A DNA stretch of 64,000 nt, from the NCBI GenBank assembly GCA_964456675.1, contig CAYWBR010000002.1:19215-83214 (forward strand), written 5' to 3'. Numbering within the stretch: position 1 is the stretch's first letter; every line of letters starts with the position of its first letter. Positions 56,122 to 64,000 of the stretch are shown piece by piece. Below the pieces are notes generated by a model that worked only from the letters and a program-made list of their open reading frames with translations, searched no databases and had not been told where the DNA came from. Both the position numbers and the translations under genes were made by a program. This DNA comes from an uncultured Bacteriovorax sp. (GTDB lineage Bacteria > Bdellovibrionota > Bacteriovoracia > Bacteriovoracales > Bacteriovoracaceae).

Positions 56122-58203
56122 CTATTTCTTTTTAGAATTCTTTTTTATTTTTTTTAAACTTTCCTGGGTCAATTTAAGAATGTAAGCATATTCTTCAGCA
56201 TATTCTACTAAGACTTGATAGCGTCCTGTATTGCCAAAATGTCCTGCTCCCATATTCACTTTAAAAACGATTGGTTTATCATCTTTTTTAAAATCGCGAA
56301 GCTTTAAAACCCATTTTGCAGGTTCCCAATAAGTAACTCGCGGATCATTTAATCCTGCTCGAACGATCATATAAGGGTACTCTTTATGATCGACATTATC
56401 GTATGGAGAATATGATTTCATATAATTGTAATATTTTTTATCATTGGGATTTCCCCATTCATCATATTCAATCTTTGTTAACATTAATGTATCATCAAGC
56501 ATGGTAGTTAAAACATCTACAAAAGGAACTGCTGCCGTAACTGATAAAAATAGATCCGGACGCATGTTCGCAACCGCCCCCATAAGCATCCCCCCCGCAC
56601 TTCCTCCCATGGTGGACATAAGCTCAGAGCGAGTATATTTTTTTGTTATTAAATGCTCGGCAATAGCAATAAAATCTAAAAAAGTATTTTTCTTCTTTAA
56701 AAATTTTCCATCGTAATACCAATTTTTTCCGCAATCTGAACTTCCGCGGATATGAGCGATGGCCAAGACAAAACCTCTTTCAATTAGTGGTAATAACCTT
56801 GTACTAAATGAAGTTGTTGTTGGGCTTCCATATGAACCATAACCATATAAATAGCAAGGATTCATCCCATTTTTCTTGAGTCCTTTTTTATACACTAGTG
56901 ATACTGGAATTTTTTCTCCATCATGAGACGTGGCAAAGATTCTTTCACAAGTATATTTTTCTTTTTTATAACCGCGAACAAATTGAGTTTTTAACACTTT
57001 CATTTTTTTTGTTTTCAACGAGTACTCTAAAACAGAATTAGGAGTAACTAAGCTTGAATAATAAAGACGAATTTGATCAGCATCATAATGAATATTTGCT
57101 TCTGATAACCCCACTTCGCGTACATCTTCTTTAAATGGAATTAGAACAGATTTATTGTTTTTTCCTTCCCACTTAAAAATTTCGATCTCGGAACGGGCCA
57201 AGGTTCTTGTTTCCAAAACTAAACACGACTTTAGAACTAAAAAATCTTCAATCATCACGCCTTTTCTGTGGGGGATAAAATTTTTTATTTTTTTAGTTTT
57301 AAGGTTATATAAATCAATTTTGTAATCTACAGCTTTTTCATTGGTATTTATGACAAAATATTCACCATTTTCACCTTTGTAGTGATCAAGCGAATAATCA
57401 ATTCCTTTTCTGCGTTTTTTAAAAAGTTTAAGTTTTGCTTTCGGATCATTTAAATCCAAATACCACACTTCGGTAGTTTCAATGGCCCCACTTGTGACAA
57501 AGAGATAATCCTCGGTCATCGAAATATTGATTCCTACCCAAAATTGATCATCTTTGTCTTCAAATAATAATTCTGGTTTTTTCTTAGAGCTTGGATCTAT
57601 TCTGTAAAGCTTTGAAGGACGCTGTTTTTTATCCGGCATCATATAATAGATTTCGCCGCGCTTACCCCATTCAAACTCTCCGGAAGTTTGCTTAATTGTA
57701 AGTGGTAAATCTTTAAGTGTTTCACGGTCGCGAATTTTTAAATCGTAAAGCTCAGCACCATTGGTATCAACACCATATAAAATAAACTTCCCATCAAAGG
57801 AAATCTCAGGCCCGGTTAAGTCGAAATACTTATGTCCTTTGCTTAATTTATTCTCATCTAAAATGATTGTTTCTTTTTTAGATTTATTATCAATCAGAAT
57901 ATGCTGAACATACTCTTTGCCTTTTAAGGTTTTAGTTTTATAAGAAAACTTTCCAAGATTTATTGGAATCGTTTCGTCACTTTCTTTAATCCTTCCTTTC
58001 ATTTCTTTAAAAATTTTTTGTGAAAGTTTTTTGGTTGGTGCCAAAATTTTATCCGCGTACTTATTTTCATTTTCTAAATGCTTAATTACTGCCGGATTTT
58101 TTTTATCTTTTAGCCAAAAATAAGGATCAATGCGTGTATCGTTATGCTTAATTATTTTTTTTAATTTTTGAGGTGCACTCGGTGCAAGAAGGGTTTTTTT
58201 CAT
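56122..58203 (-). CDS. ptrB: Oligopeptidase B (S9A)
   Basis: DPYFWLKD, YGYGSYG, GGSAGG, LNDPRV.YWEPAKW and GAGHFG motifs. Confidence 0.95.
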   Translation of the reverse strand: MKKTLLAPSAPQKLKKIIKHNDTRIDPYFWLKDKKNPAVIKHLENENKYADKILAPTKKLSQKIFKEMKGRIKESDETIPINLGKFSYKTKTLKGKEYVQHILIDNKSKKETIILDENKLSKGHKYFDLTGPEISFDGKFILYGVDTNGAELYDLKIRDRETLKDLPLTIKQTSGEFEWGKRGEIYYMMPDKKQRPSKLYRIDPSSKKKPELLFEDKDDQFWVGINISMTEDYLFVTSGAIETTEVWYLDLNDPKAKLKLFKKRRKGIDYSLDHYKGENGEYFVINTNEKAVDYKIDLYNLKTKKIKNFIPHRKGVMIEDFLVLKSCLVLETRTLARSEIEIFKWEGKNNKSVLIPFKEDVREVGLSEANIHYDADQIRLYYSSLVTPNSVLEYSLKTKKMKVLKTQFVRGYKKEKYTCERIFATSHDGEKIPVSLVYKKGLKKNGMNPCYLYGYGSYGSPTTTSFSTRLLPLIERGFVLAIAHIRGSSDCGKNWYYDGKFLKKKNTFLDFIAIAEHLITKKYTRSELMSTMGGSAGGMLMGAVANMRPDLFLSVTAAVPFVDVLTTMLDDTLMLTKIEYDEWGNPNDKKYYNYMKSYSPYDNVDHKEYPYMIVRAGLNDPRVTYWEPAKWVLKLRDFKKDDKPIVFKVNMGAGHFGNTGRYQVLVEYAEEYAYILKLTQESLKKIKKNSKKK

Positions 58204-58289
58204 TTTTAATCTTTTGAAGAAAGTTAAATAAATTTTAGTAGTATTAGTTTAACTTATAAAAGCTAGGAAAAAAACCCATTTTAAATAAT

Positions 58290-58314
58290 AAAAAAGGGAG
58301 TCCAAAGACTCCCT
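58290..58314 (-). terminator. Intrinsic terminator of fusA
   Basis: Minus strand reads AGGGAGTC-TTTG-GACTCCCT-TTTTT. Confidence 0.8.
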
Positions 58315-58340
58315 CATTTGAAAAATTTTTAAGTGAAAAC

Positions 58341-60500
58341 CTACTCTGCTTGAGCAGCAAGTTTTTCTTTTCTTTCTGCCATAACTTTTTCAGCAACGTT
58401 GTTTGGACATTCAGCATATTTTGCGAATTCCATAGTGTACGAAGCTTTACCAGCTGACATTGAACGAAGAACTGTTGAGTAACCGAACATTTCTGAAAGT
58501 GGAATAAGTGCGTTAATAATAACGTCACCTGTCTCATTTGATTCAGAAGCTTGGATGATACCACGACGAGAAGATAAATCTCCGATTACGCCCCCTTGGT
58601 ATTCATCTGGTGTCTCAACTTCAACTTTCATAATTGGTTCAAGGATAACTGGACTTGCGTTTTTAACCGCTTGTCTCATTGCCATACGAGCTGCAATACG
58701 GAATGCCATATCTGAAGAGTCTACATCGTGGTAGCGACCGTCTTGTAGGTAAACTTCAACGTTGATAAGTGGGAACGCTGCTAGAGGTCCTTTATCCATA
58801 ACGTCGTTGAATCCTTTCTCACATGAACCAATGAATTCGTTAGGGATCGCTCCACCTTTGATTTCATTGTAAAACTTAAAGACTTGGTCATCAGACTCTT
58901 TTTTATCTTCTTGAAGTGGCTTAATTTGCCCAATAACGTGACCGAATTGACCAGATCCACCAGTTTGCTTCTTATGAAGGTAATCAAACTTAGCTTCTGT
59001 TCTAATCGTCTCGCGGTAGTTAACCTGAGGTGCACCAACCTGTACGTCACAGTTATACTCACGCTTTAATCTTTCTACGTAAATTTCTAAGTGTAACTCA
59101 CCCATACCAGCGATACGCGTTTCACCTGATTCTTCATCAGTAAATACGTGGAAAGTTGGATCTTCTTTCATAAATCTTGATAGACCTTTTGAAAGACGAG
59201 TTTGTTGATCTTTATCTTTAACCGAGATTGAAAGTTCGATAACTGGTATTGGAACGTGCATACCTTCACAAGAAAGGTTTACTGGACCATCTTCAATTAC
59301 AAATGTATCCCCTGAAGCACAGTCGATACCGATAAGAGCGATAATATCTCCTGAACCAACATTTTCGATGTTTTCACGATCATTTGCGTTCATACGAACG
59401 ATACGCCCTACACGTGTCTTCTTCTTAGTACGAGTGTTAACAACCGTATCACCTTTATTTAATGAACCTTGGTAAATACGAGTATAAGTTAACTGTCCGA
59501 ATTGCTCGTCAGTAATCTTAAACGCCATACATACTAGAGGCTTAGTGTTATCTGGGATAAGGTCAACTTTTTCGTTAGTGTCGTTATCAATTGCTTTTGG
59601 ACGAGCAGCTGTAAGCGGAGATGGTAAATATCTCGCAACACCGTTAAGAAGTAATTGAACACCTTTATTTTTGAAAGCCGATCCCATAAATACTGGAGTA
59701 AGCTTAAGAGTTTGAACGCCTTTTTTGATTGCTGCATGAATTTCTTCTTCAGAAACTTCTTCACCACCAAGAATTTTTTCAATCATTGCATCGTCAAATT
59801 CAGAAGCGGCATCAAGAAGTTTCTCTCTGAATGCTTCAACATCATCTTTCATATCAGCTGGAACTGCTTCAACTCTGATTTTTTCTCCGTTTTCACCATC
59901 GAAGAAGTAAGCTTGTCTTGTAATCAGATCAACTACACCATTGAAGTTTTCCTCAGCACCAATTGGTAACTGCATTAAAACTGCATTGTGGTAAAGTTTT
60001 TCACGAAGAGCTGCCACACCTTTATGAGGGTTAGCACCCATACGGTCCATCTTATTTAAGAAAGCCATACGAGGAACGTTATAACGCTTCATTTGTCTAT
60101 CAACTGTGATTGACTGAGATTGAACACCAGCAACTGAACAAAGAACTAGAATAGCTCCGTCAAGAACGCGAAGTGAACGCTCAACTTCAACTGTAAAGTC
60201 AACGTGTCCCGGAGTATCGATGATATTGATACGACATTCCTTATCAATACCTTCAGCGAATTTGATACCTTCGCCATTAAGACCTTCCCACACTACTGTT
60301 GTTGCAGCAGAAGTGATCGTAATCCCTTTTTCTTTTTCAAGTTCCATGTGGTCCATCTTTGCTCCAGCACCACCACCTCTAACGTCTTCGATCTTGTGGA
60401 TCTTATTACAGTAGAAAAGGATACGCTCAGTAAGAGTCGTCTTACCAGAGTCGATGTGGGCAGAAATACCGATGTTTCTGGTCTTCGCCATTAATTTCAT
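58341..60500 (-). CDS. fusA: Elongation factor G (stand-alone, mtEF-G1/spirochete-delta type)
   Basis: [29 protein letters not shown] and GMGELHL motifs. Codon usage is typical of highly expressed genes. Confidence 0.97.
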   Translation of the reverse strand: MKLMAKTRNIGISAHIDSGKTTLTERILFYCNKIHKIEDVRGGGAGAKMDHMELEKEKGITITSAATTVVWEGLNGEGIKFAEGIDKECRINIIDTPGHVDFTVEVERSLRVLDGAILVLCSVAGVQSQSITVDRQMKRYNVPRMAFLNKMDRMGANPHKGVAALREKLYHNAVLMQLPIGAEENFNGVVDLITRQAYFFDGENGEKIRVEAVPADMKDDVEAFREKLLDAASEFDDAMIEKILGGEEVSEEEIHAAIKKGVQTLKLTPVFMGSAFKNKGVQLLLNGVARYLPSPLTAARPKAIDNDTNEKVDLIPDNTKPLVCMAFKITDEQFGQLTYTRIYQGSLNKGDTVVNTRTKKKTRVGRIVRMNANDRENIENVGSGDIIALIGIDCASGDTFVIEDGPVNLSCEGMHVPIPVIELSISVKDKDQQTRLSKGLSRFMKEDPTFHVFTDEESGETRIAGMGELHLEIYVERLKREYNCDVQVGAPQVNYRETIRTEAKFDYLHKKQTGGSGQFGHVIGQIKPLQEDKKESDDQVFKFYNEIKGGAIPNEFIGSCEKGFNDVMDKGPLAAFPLINVEVYLQDGRYHDVDSSDMAFRIAARMAMRQAVKNASPVILEPIMKVEVETPDEYQGGVIGDLSSRRGIIQASESNETGDVIINALIPLSEMFGYSTVLRSMSAGKASYTMEFAKYAECPNNVAEKVMAERKEKLAAQAE

Positions 60501-60767
60501 AATTCACTCCTAAACCTATTGTTGGACAAATTGATCTAACTTAACTTTTAATAAATTAAATTCATTTTTTATTTTTTTTACAAATATCGCTGGATTCTAA
60601 AAAAAGATTAGCTCTGAGTCAACTGAAAGCTTAGATTTTCACAGGATATTGTACAAATTACTTCAAATTTTGCAGGGCTTTAGAAAGAAATTGACAAGAA
60701 AATCTTAAATCACTAAAAAATGATCCACTATAATTTACAGTATCTTAAGATAAAGGGCTTAAACAGC

Positions 60768-61379
60768 ATGAGCAATGATCTGAGCAAAACAGAATTGTAT
60801 GAGGGCGTTAAAACATTAGTAGAAACTCCTCACCAGCATATTCACTTAAACCAGCAAAAACTTTTCACCCTTTTTAGTCTCGGATTTCAGTACCTATTAT
60901 TCCAAAGCACAAAAAAACCAGGTGCATACATCATTAGAGTTGAAGATGCGGTTCTTGCGGACAAATTGGCCAAAAAGGCAAAAGATCCTTCCACTAGGAA
61001 ATTTATGCAATCAATACTCATTCCAAGAAAAATGAAATTTGATAAATCCATTTTCTTCTTAGACTATTTTAATGTGACAAGCTGGAACTTAACCAATGAC
61101 ATTCCAAAAGAAAAAATTCAAGGCGCACTTATTGTAAAAAACACACAAGCAAAACTGATGAACGAAGTAGATCCCGAAGATCAAGATCAAGAGATAATTA
61201 CCAATCTATCAAAAGATTATTTCCTCACGACTCTTTTAGAAAATGCACCGAAAACAATTACCATTGCATTTGAAGAAACTTTTGAGCAATTAAATCCAGT
61301 AATTTTTCCATTCATCAAAAAAGAAAAAGAAAGAACTCTCCAAGGTGTGACAATCACTGAAGAACTTGATTGGGAATAA
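60768..61379 (+). CDS. Hypothetical cytoplasmic protein
   Basis: ORF 60720..61379, probable ATG 60768. No family recognised. Confidence 0.65.
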   Translation: MSNDLSKTELYEGVKTLVETPHQHIHLNQQKLFTLFSLGFQYLLFQSTKKPGAYIIRVEDAVLADKLAKKAKDPSTRKFMQSILIPRKMKFDKSIFFLDYFNVTSWNLTNDIPKEKIQGALIVKNTQAKLMNEVDPEDQDQEIITNLSKDYFLTTLLENAPKTITIAFEETFEQLNPVIFPFIKKEKERTLQGVTITEELDWE

Positions 61380-61397
61380 TGTAAAAAAAGTTAAAAC

Positions 61398-61424
61398 TCA
61401 AACTAATTCAATTTATACCGATAA
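61398..61424 (+). promoter_or_regulatory. sigma28-like promoter
   Basis: TCAA-N15-ACCGATAA 41 nt upstream of ATG 61465. Confidence 0.6.
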
Positions 61425-61464
61425 AGTCTCTAGTAAGACGTAAAGTAAAAAGGTTGGTTTAGCT

Positions 61465-62814
61465 ATGGGGAAACTCACTATTTTCGTATCCACGATTGCA
61501 TTAACCCTAAACTCCTATGCTATGTTTCAAGCTGGTGAAATTATCGAATTAAGCCAAAGCTTAAACGCAAGAAGTTCATTAAATTTTTATAAAAATGCTA
61601 ACAACGTCAAAAAAGTATTAACTGCTGGAACGTTTGGATTAGTTGAAGAGTCGATTAAATTAAAATCTGGGAATTACGGTATAAAACTACGCTTAAATTC
61701 AGGAGATGCCTACTGGCTATACTATAACGTAAAAGATCCCGGCATGATTTTATCAGACAAAAAGTCAAAACCTACTGATGATTTAGACAATAGTTATTCG
61801 GCCACTTTAATAAAAGACAACGAAGCACTAAAAGATCAAAGCGACAAAGAAGCAATTAGTACAGTCATAAAAGGTCAGAAAGAAATAGATGAAGCGCTCA
61901 AACAAAAAATAGCAGAATGTTTGAAACTGGAAGAACAAAAACATCTGGCAAAAAATAATAGTGAAATAAAAAAAGACATACCATTCTCTACTCTCCAATT
62001 AACAACCGAACTCAATACTGGTGATCCTAGCGCTTTTGATATCTCAATGGATAGCCTACCTTATCGCTCGCTTCACGATCTCCCCCTAGAATCTACAATT
62101 CAAAGAAGTGTTGGTAAAAACATTGATGTTCGCTATTTGGAAAGAGAGGGCAAAAAAGAAATTCAAGAATTTACTCTCACAAATAAAGGGGGAAATAATA
62201 TCATAAAGAGCGATGATTACTATATCAGTCGAACTTATAATTTAAGTTTTGAAAATCTTGCTCGCTCGGATATGCACCTAATGGTTATCGACTCTCCGGA
62301 TAGCTATACCTCTAATTCAACCTATAATCTATTAATGTTTTTTCCGCGCACCAAGCTTCCGAGTGTAAAAACAGTTGGTGACGAAAATCACCTCACGCTA
62401 CCAACTGGCGAGGTGGTGGTATTTGATGCTAAAACAAATACTATTAAATCAGGTGTCCTATCTGAAAAACCAATGTCGCAACTACCAGTTCGCCCTGGCT
62501 GCAACTACGAAGAGAAAGCCTGCGGAAGAAAAGCTGTTGGCGACATCGTAAACTACACAGGAGAAGGTGTAGTCATTAAAATTCATAAAAGTGGAGATCT
62601 TCCTTATGGGGATCGTGAAGTTGGTGGTAAGCCACAAAAAAATACCGATATTGCTCTAATAAAAAAACAGGGTAAAACCTGTAAAGTTCCGGCCCATGAA
62701 CTGTGGTACACCGACTATCAGAAAAAAGGACAAGTCTTTTTCAAAAAAGAATACGCCACCGATGAAGCTTTTGATCAATTCTTAGTTAAGCGTTGTGGAT
62801 TTTCGATGAAGTAG
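61465..62814 (+). CDS. Secreted hypothetical protein
   Basis: Signal peptide ending SYA. 449 aa with C-terminal Cys. No family confidently recognised. Confidence 0.75.
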   Translation: MGKLTIFVSTIALTLNSYAMFQAGEIIELSQSLNARSSLNFYKNANNVKKVLTAGTFGLVEESIKLKSGNYGIKLRLNSGDAYWLYYNVKDPGMILSDKKSKPTDDLDNSYSATLIKDNEALKDQSDKEAISTVIKGQKEIDEALKQKIAECLKLEEQKHLAKNNSEIKKDIPFSTLQLTTELNTGDPSAFDISMDSLPYRSLHDLPLESTIQRSVGKNIDVRYLEREGKKEIQEFTLTNKGGNNIIKSDDYYISRTYNLSFENLARSDMHLMVIDSPDSYTSNSTYNLLMFFPRTKLPSVKTVGDENHLTLPTGEVVVFDAKTNTIKSGVLSEKPMSQLPVRPGCNYEEKACGRKAVGDIVNYTGEGVVIKIHKSGDLPYGDREVGGKPQKNTDIALIKKQGKTCKVPAHELWYTDYQKKGQVFFKKEYATDEAFDQFLVKRCGFSMK

Positions 62815-63040
62815 CGTTTGTGATTATTAGTAAAATCTAAAAATATTACAAAAGCTTTTACCTCGGACATTTAAGATTGTTACGAGCTTCTAAATCAAAC
62901 TCACTAAAAATACATTTACCCTAATGATTAACCGACAAACTCACTCCGGTACGAGGAAATATTTTGAAGTTTTCCCTTGAATTATTTTATTTATAAACAA
63001 AAATAGAAGCTTCTATTAACGTTTACATAAGGATGTAAAA

Positions 63041-63499
63041 ATGAAAAAAACTTTATTAGCAGTTGGTGTAGCCGCTCTAGTTTCAACATCTGCAATGGCA
63101 GCTCAATACGGAGCAGCTGGTTGTGGTCTTGGATCAATGGTTTGGGAAAACAAAAATGGAATGGTTAACCAAATTTTAGCTGCAACAACAAACGGTACTT
63201 CTGGATCACAAACTTTTGGTATCACTACTGGTACTTCTAACTGTGATACAAAAGGAACAATGGCAAACGTAAAAGCTTACGTAGAAGCTAACCGCGTTGC
63301 TCTTGCTAACGATATCGCTCGTGGACAAGGTGAAACTCTTACAGCTTTAACTGAAGTTTATGGCTGTTCATATGACTCAACTGTTGGTTCAACTCTACAA
63401 AAAAATTACAAATCAATTTTCCCATCTGAAGCAGTATCAGCTGAAGAAATTACTACTACTTTAAACAAAGTTATGCCAGCTGCTTGTGGAAATATCTAA
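63041..63499 (+). CDS. DUF3015-family exported protein
   Basis: Signal peptide, YG.AGCGLGS, TFGITTGTSNC and L..DIARG.GETL motifs. Confidence 0.88.
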   Translation: MKKTLLAVGVAALVSTSAMAAQYGAAGCGLGSMVWENKNGMVNQILAATTNGTSGSQTFGITTGTSNCDTKGTMANVKAYVEANRVALANDIARGQGETLTALTEVYGCSYDSTVGSTLQKNYKSIFPSEAVSAEEITTTLNKVMPAACGNI

Positions 63500-64000
63500 T
63501 TTTCTAACAAAACTCAGAAGAGGAGTCTTAGGACTCCTCTTTTTATTTTCTCCTTTATTAAGTTTTGCAACGATTCAATATACGGAAGAAAATCTACATA
63601 CTCATCCAAAATGGTTGAAGATGTATTACTATGACCAAAAGTTTTTTGGGATAGAAAGTAAAATTCAAAACGCTGAATTTTTTGTTGCCAGTGATCTAGA
63701 AAAAGCAAGAACGAATCCTCAATATGAAGCAAAAGAGTTTTTAAAACTCTACAAATTAAAAGATCCAATTCTTTGTAAATTTCCACTGCGTACAAAATTT
63801 GTAGCTAAAACTTTAAAACTTGAAGATTATCCCAGTGAAAAATGCGAAGAATGGAATAAATTTAAAACAAGAATTAATATGGGAAGCGCTAGTCTTGTTT
63901 TCTCCTCTTATTATGTCAATACTCCCGCATCAGCTTTTGGCCATACACTTTTAAAGCTAAATCAAAAAAAGACTCCGGGTGTTCCAAAAAGTGACCTATT
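63486..64000 (+). CDS. Lnb-like / DUF4105 protein, 3'-truncated by window (absent from the ORF track)
   Basis: I translated it from GTG 63486: MEISNFLTKLRRGVLGLLFLFSPLLSFA (signal peptide)...KWLKMYYY...CKFPLR...C...LVFSSYYVNTPASAFGHTLLKL. The frame is open to the window end. Confidence 0.85.
   Translation, partial: MEISNFLTKLRRGVLGLLFLFSPLLSFATIQYTEENLHTHPKWLKMYYYDQKFFGIESKIQNAEFFVASDLEKARTNPQYEAKEFLKLYKLKDPILCKFPLRTKFVAKTLKLEDYPSEKCEEWNKFKTRINMGSASLVFSSYYVNTPASAFGHTLLKLNQKKTPGVPKSDL
63518..63545 (+). terminator. Intrinsic terminator-like hairpin inside the start of the Lnb-like CDS
   Basis: AAGAGGAGTC-TTAG-GACTCCTCTT followed by a T-rich run. Confidence 0.75.

Noticed and set aside
1161-63795. 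Numerous 60-150-aa ORFs antisense to or nested in real genes (e.g. 8639, 23927, 27249, 32667, 34927, 58244, 63514)
   Set aside because: They are shadows of well-supported opposite-strand or other-frame CDS, with no motifs or SD sites.
1-64000. Prophage, IS, integron or anti-phage defence island
   Set aside because: I recognised no integrase, transposase, structural phage, nuclease, RT or toxin-antitoxin motifs. PLD and NUDIX-MBL lack defence-type partners.

Overview
AT-rich chromosomal core region. It is most likely from a Bdellovibrionota predator of the Bacteriovorax/Halobacteriovorax type. This is inferred from the 277-aa minimal flagellin, orphan spirochete/delta-type EF-G, System II cytochrome c maturation and many lineage-type secreted hypotheticals, not from any database search. 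It holds about 55 CDS: a Rep-like helicase (5'-truncated), a leucine/HMG-CoA catabolic operon, acs, hppD-thiolase, flagellin, putA-proC, udk, a histone-H1-like/SWIB protein, ccsB-ccsA-HK-RR-dsbA, secreted hydrolases (PLD, trypsin-like protease, Ntn acylase, oligopeptidase B), cca, fusA and a DUF3015/Lnb-like pair (3'-truncated). I found no rRNA, tRNA, CRISPR array, prophage or transposase. The most interesting element is a five-gene cluster divergent from flagellin (19653-24968). It encodes an intact CheY and CheX, no kinase, and three apparently catalytically dead proteins: a pseudo-receiver/acidic-IDR scaffold with a MinD-like membrane tail, an HD-less HD-GYP ending in an ssrA-like LAA, and an Hpt-like protein with no histidine but a CheZ-type C-terminal tail. 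Other notable signals are 11-bp-phased TGAC repeats upstream of both the two-component system and dsbA, sigma28-like promoters on secreted proteins, a 1-kb cassette bounded by an identical 30-bp terminator, a terminator inside a signal-peptide coding region, and a gene with a broken 5' end. All family assignments come from motif recognition by eye.
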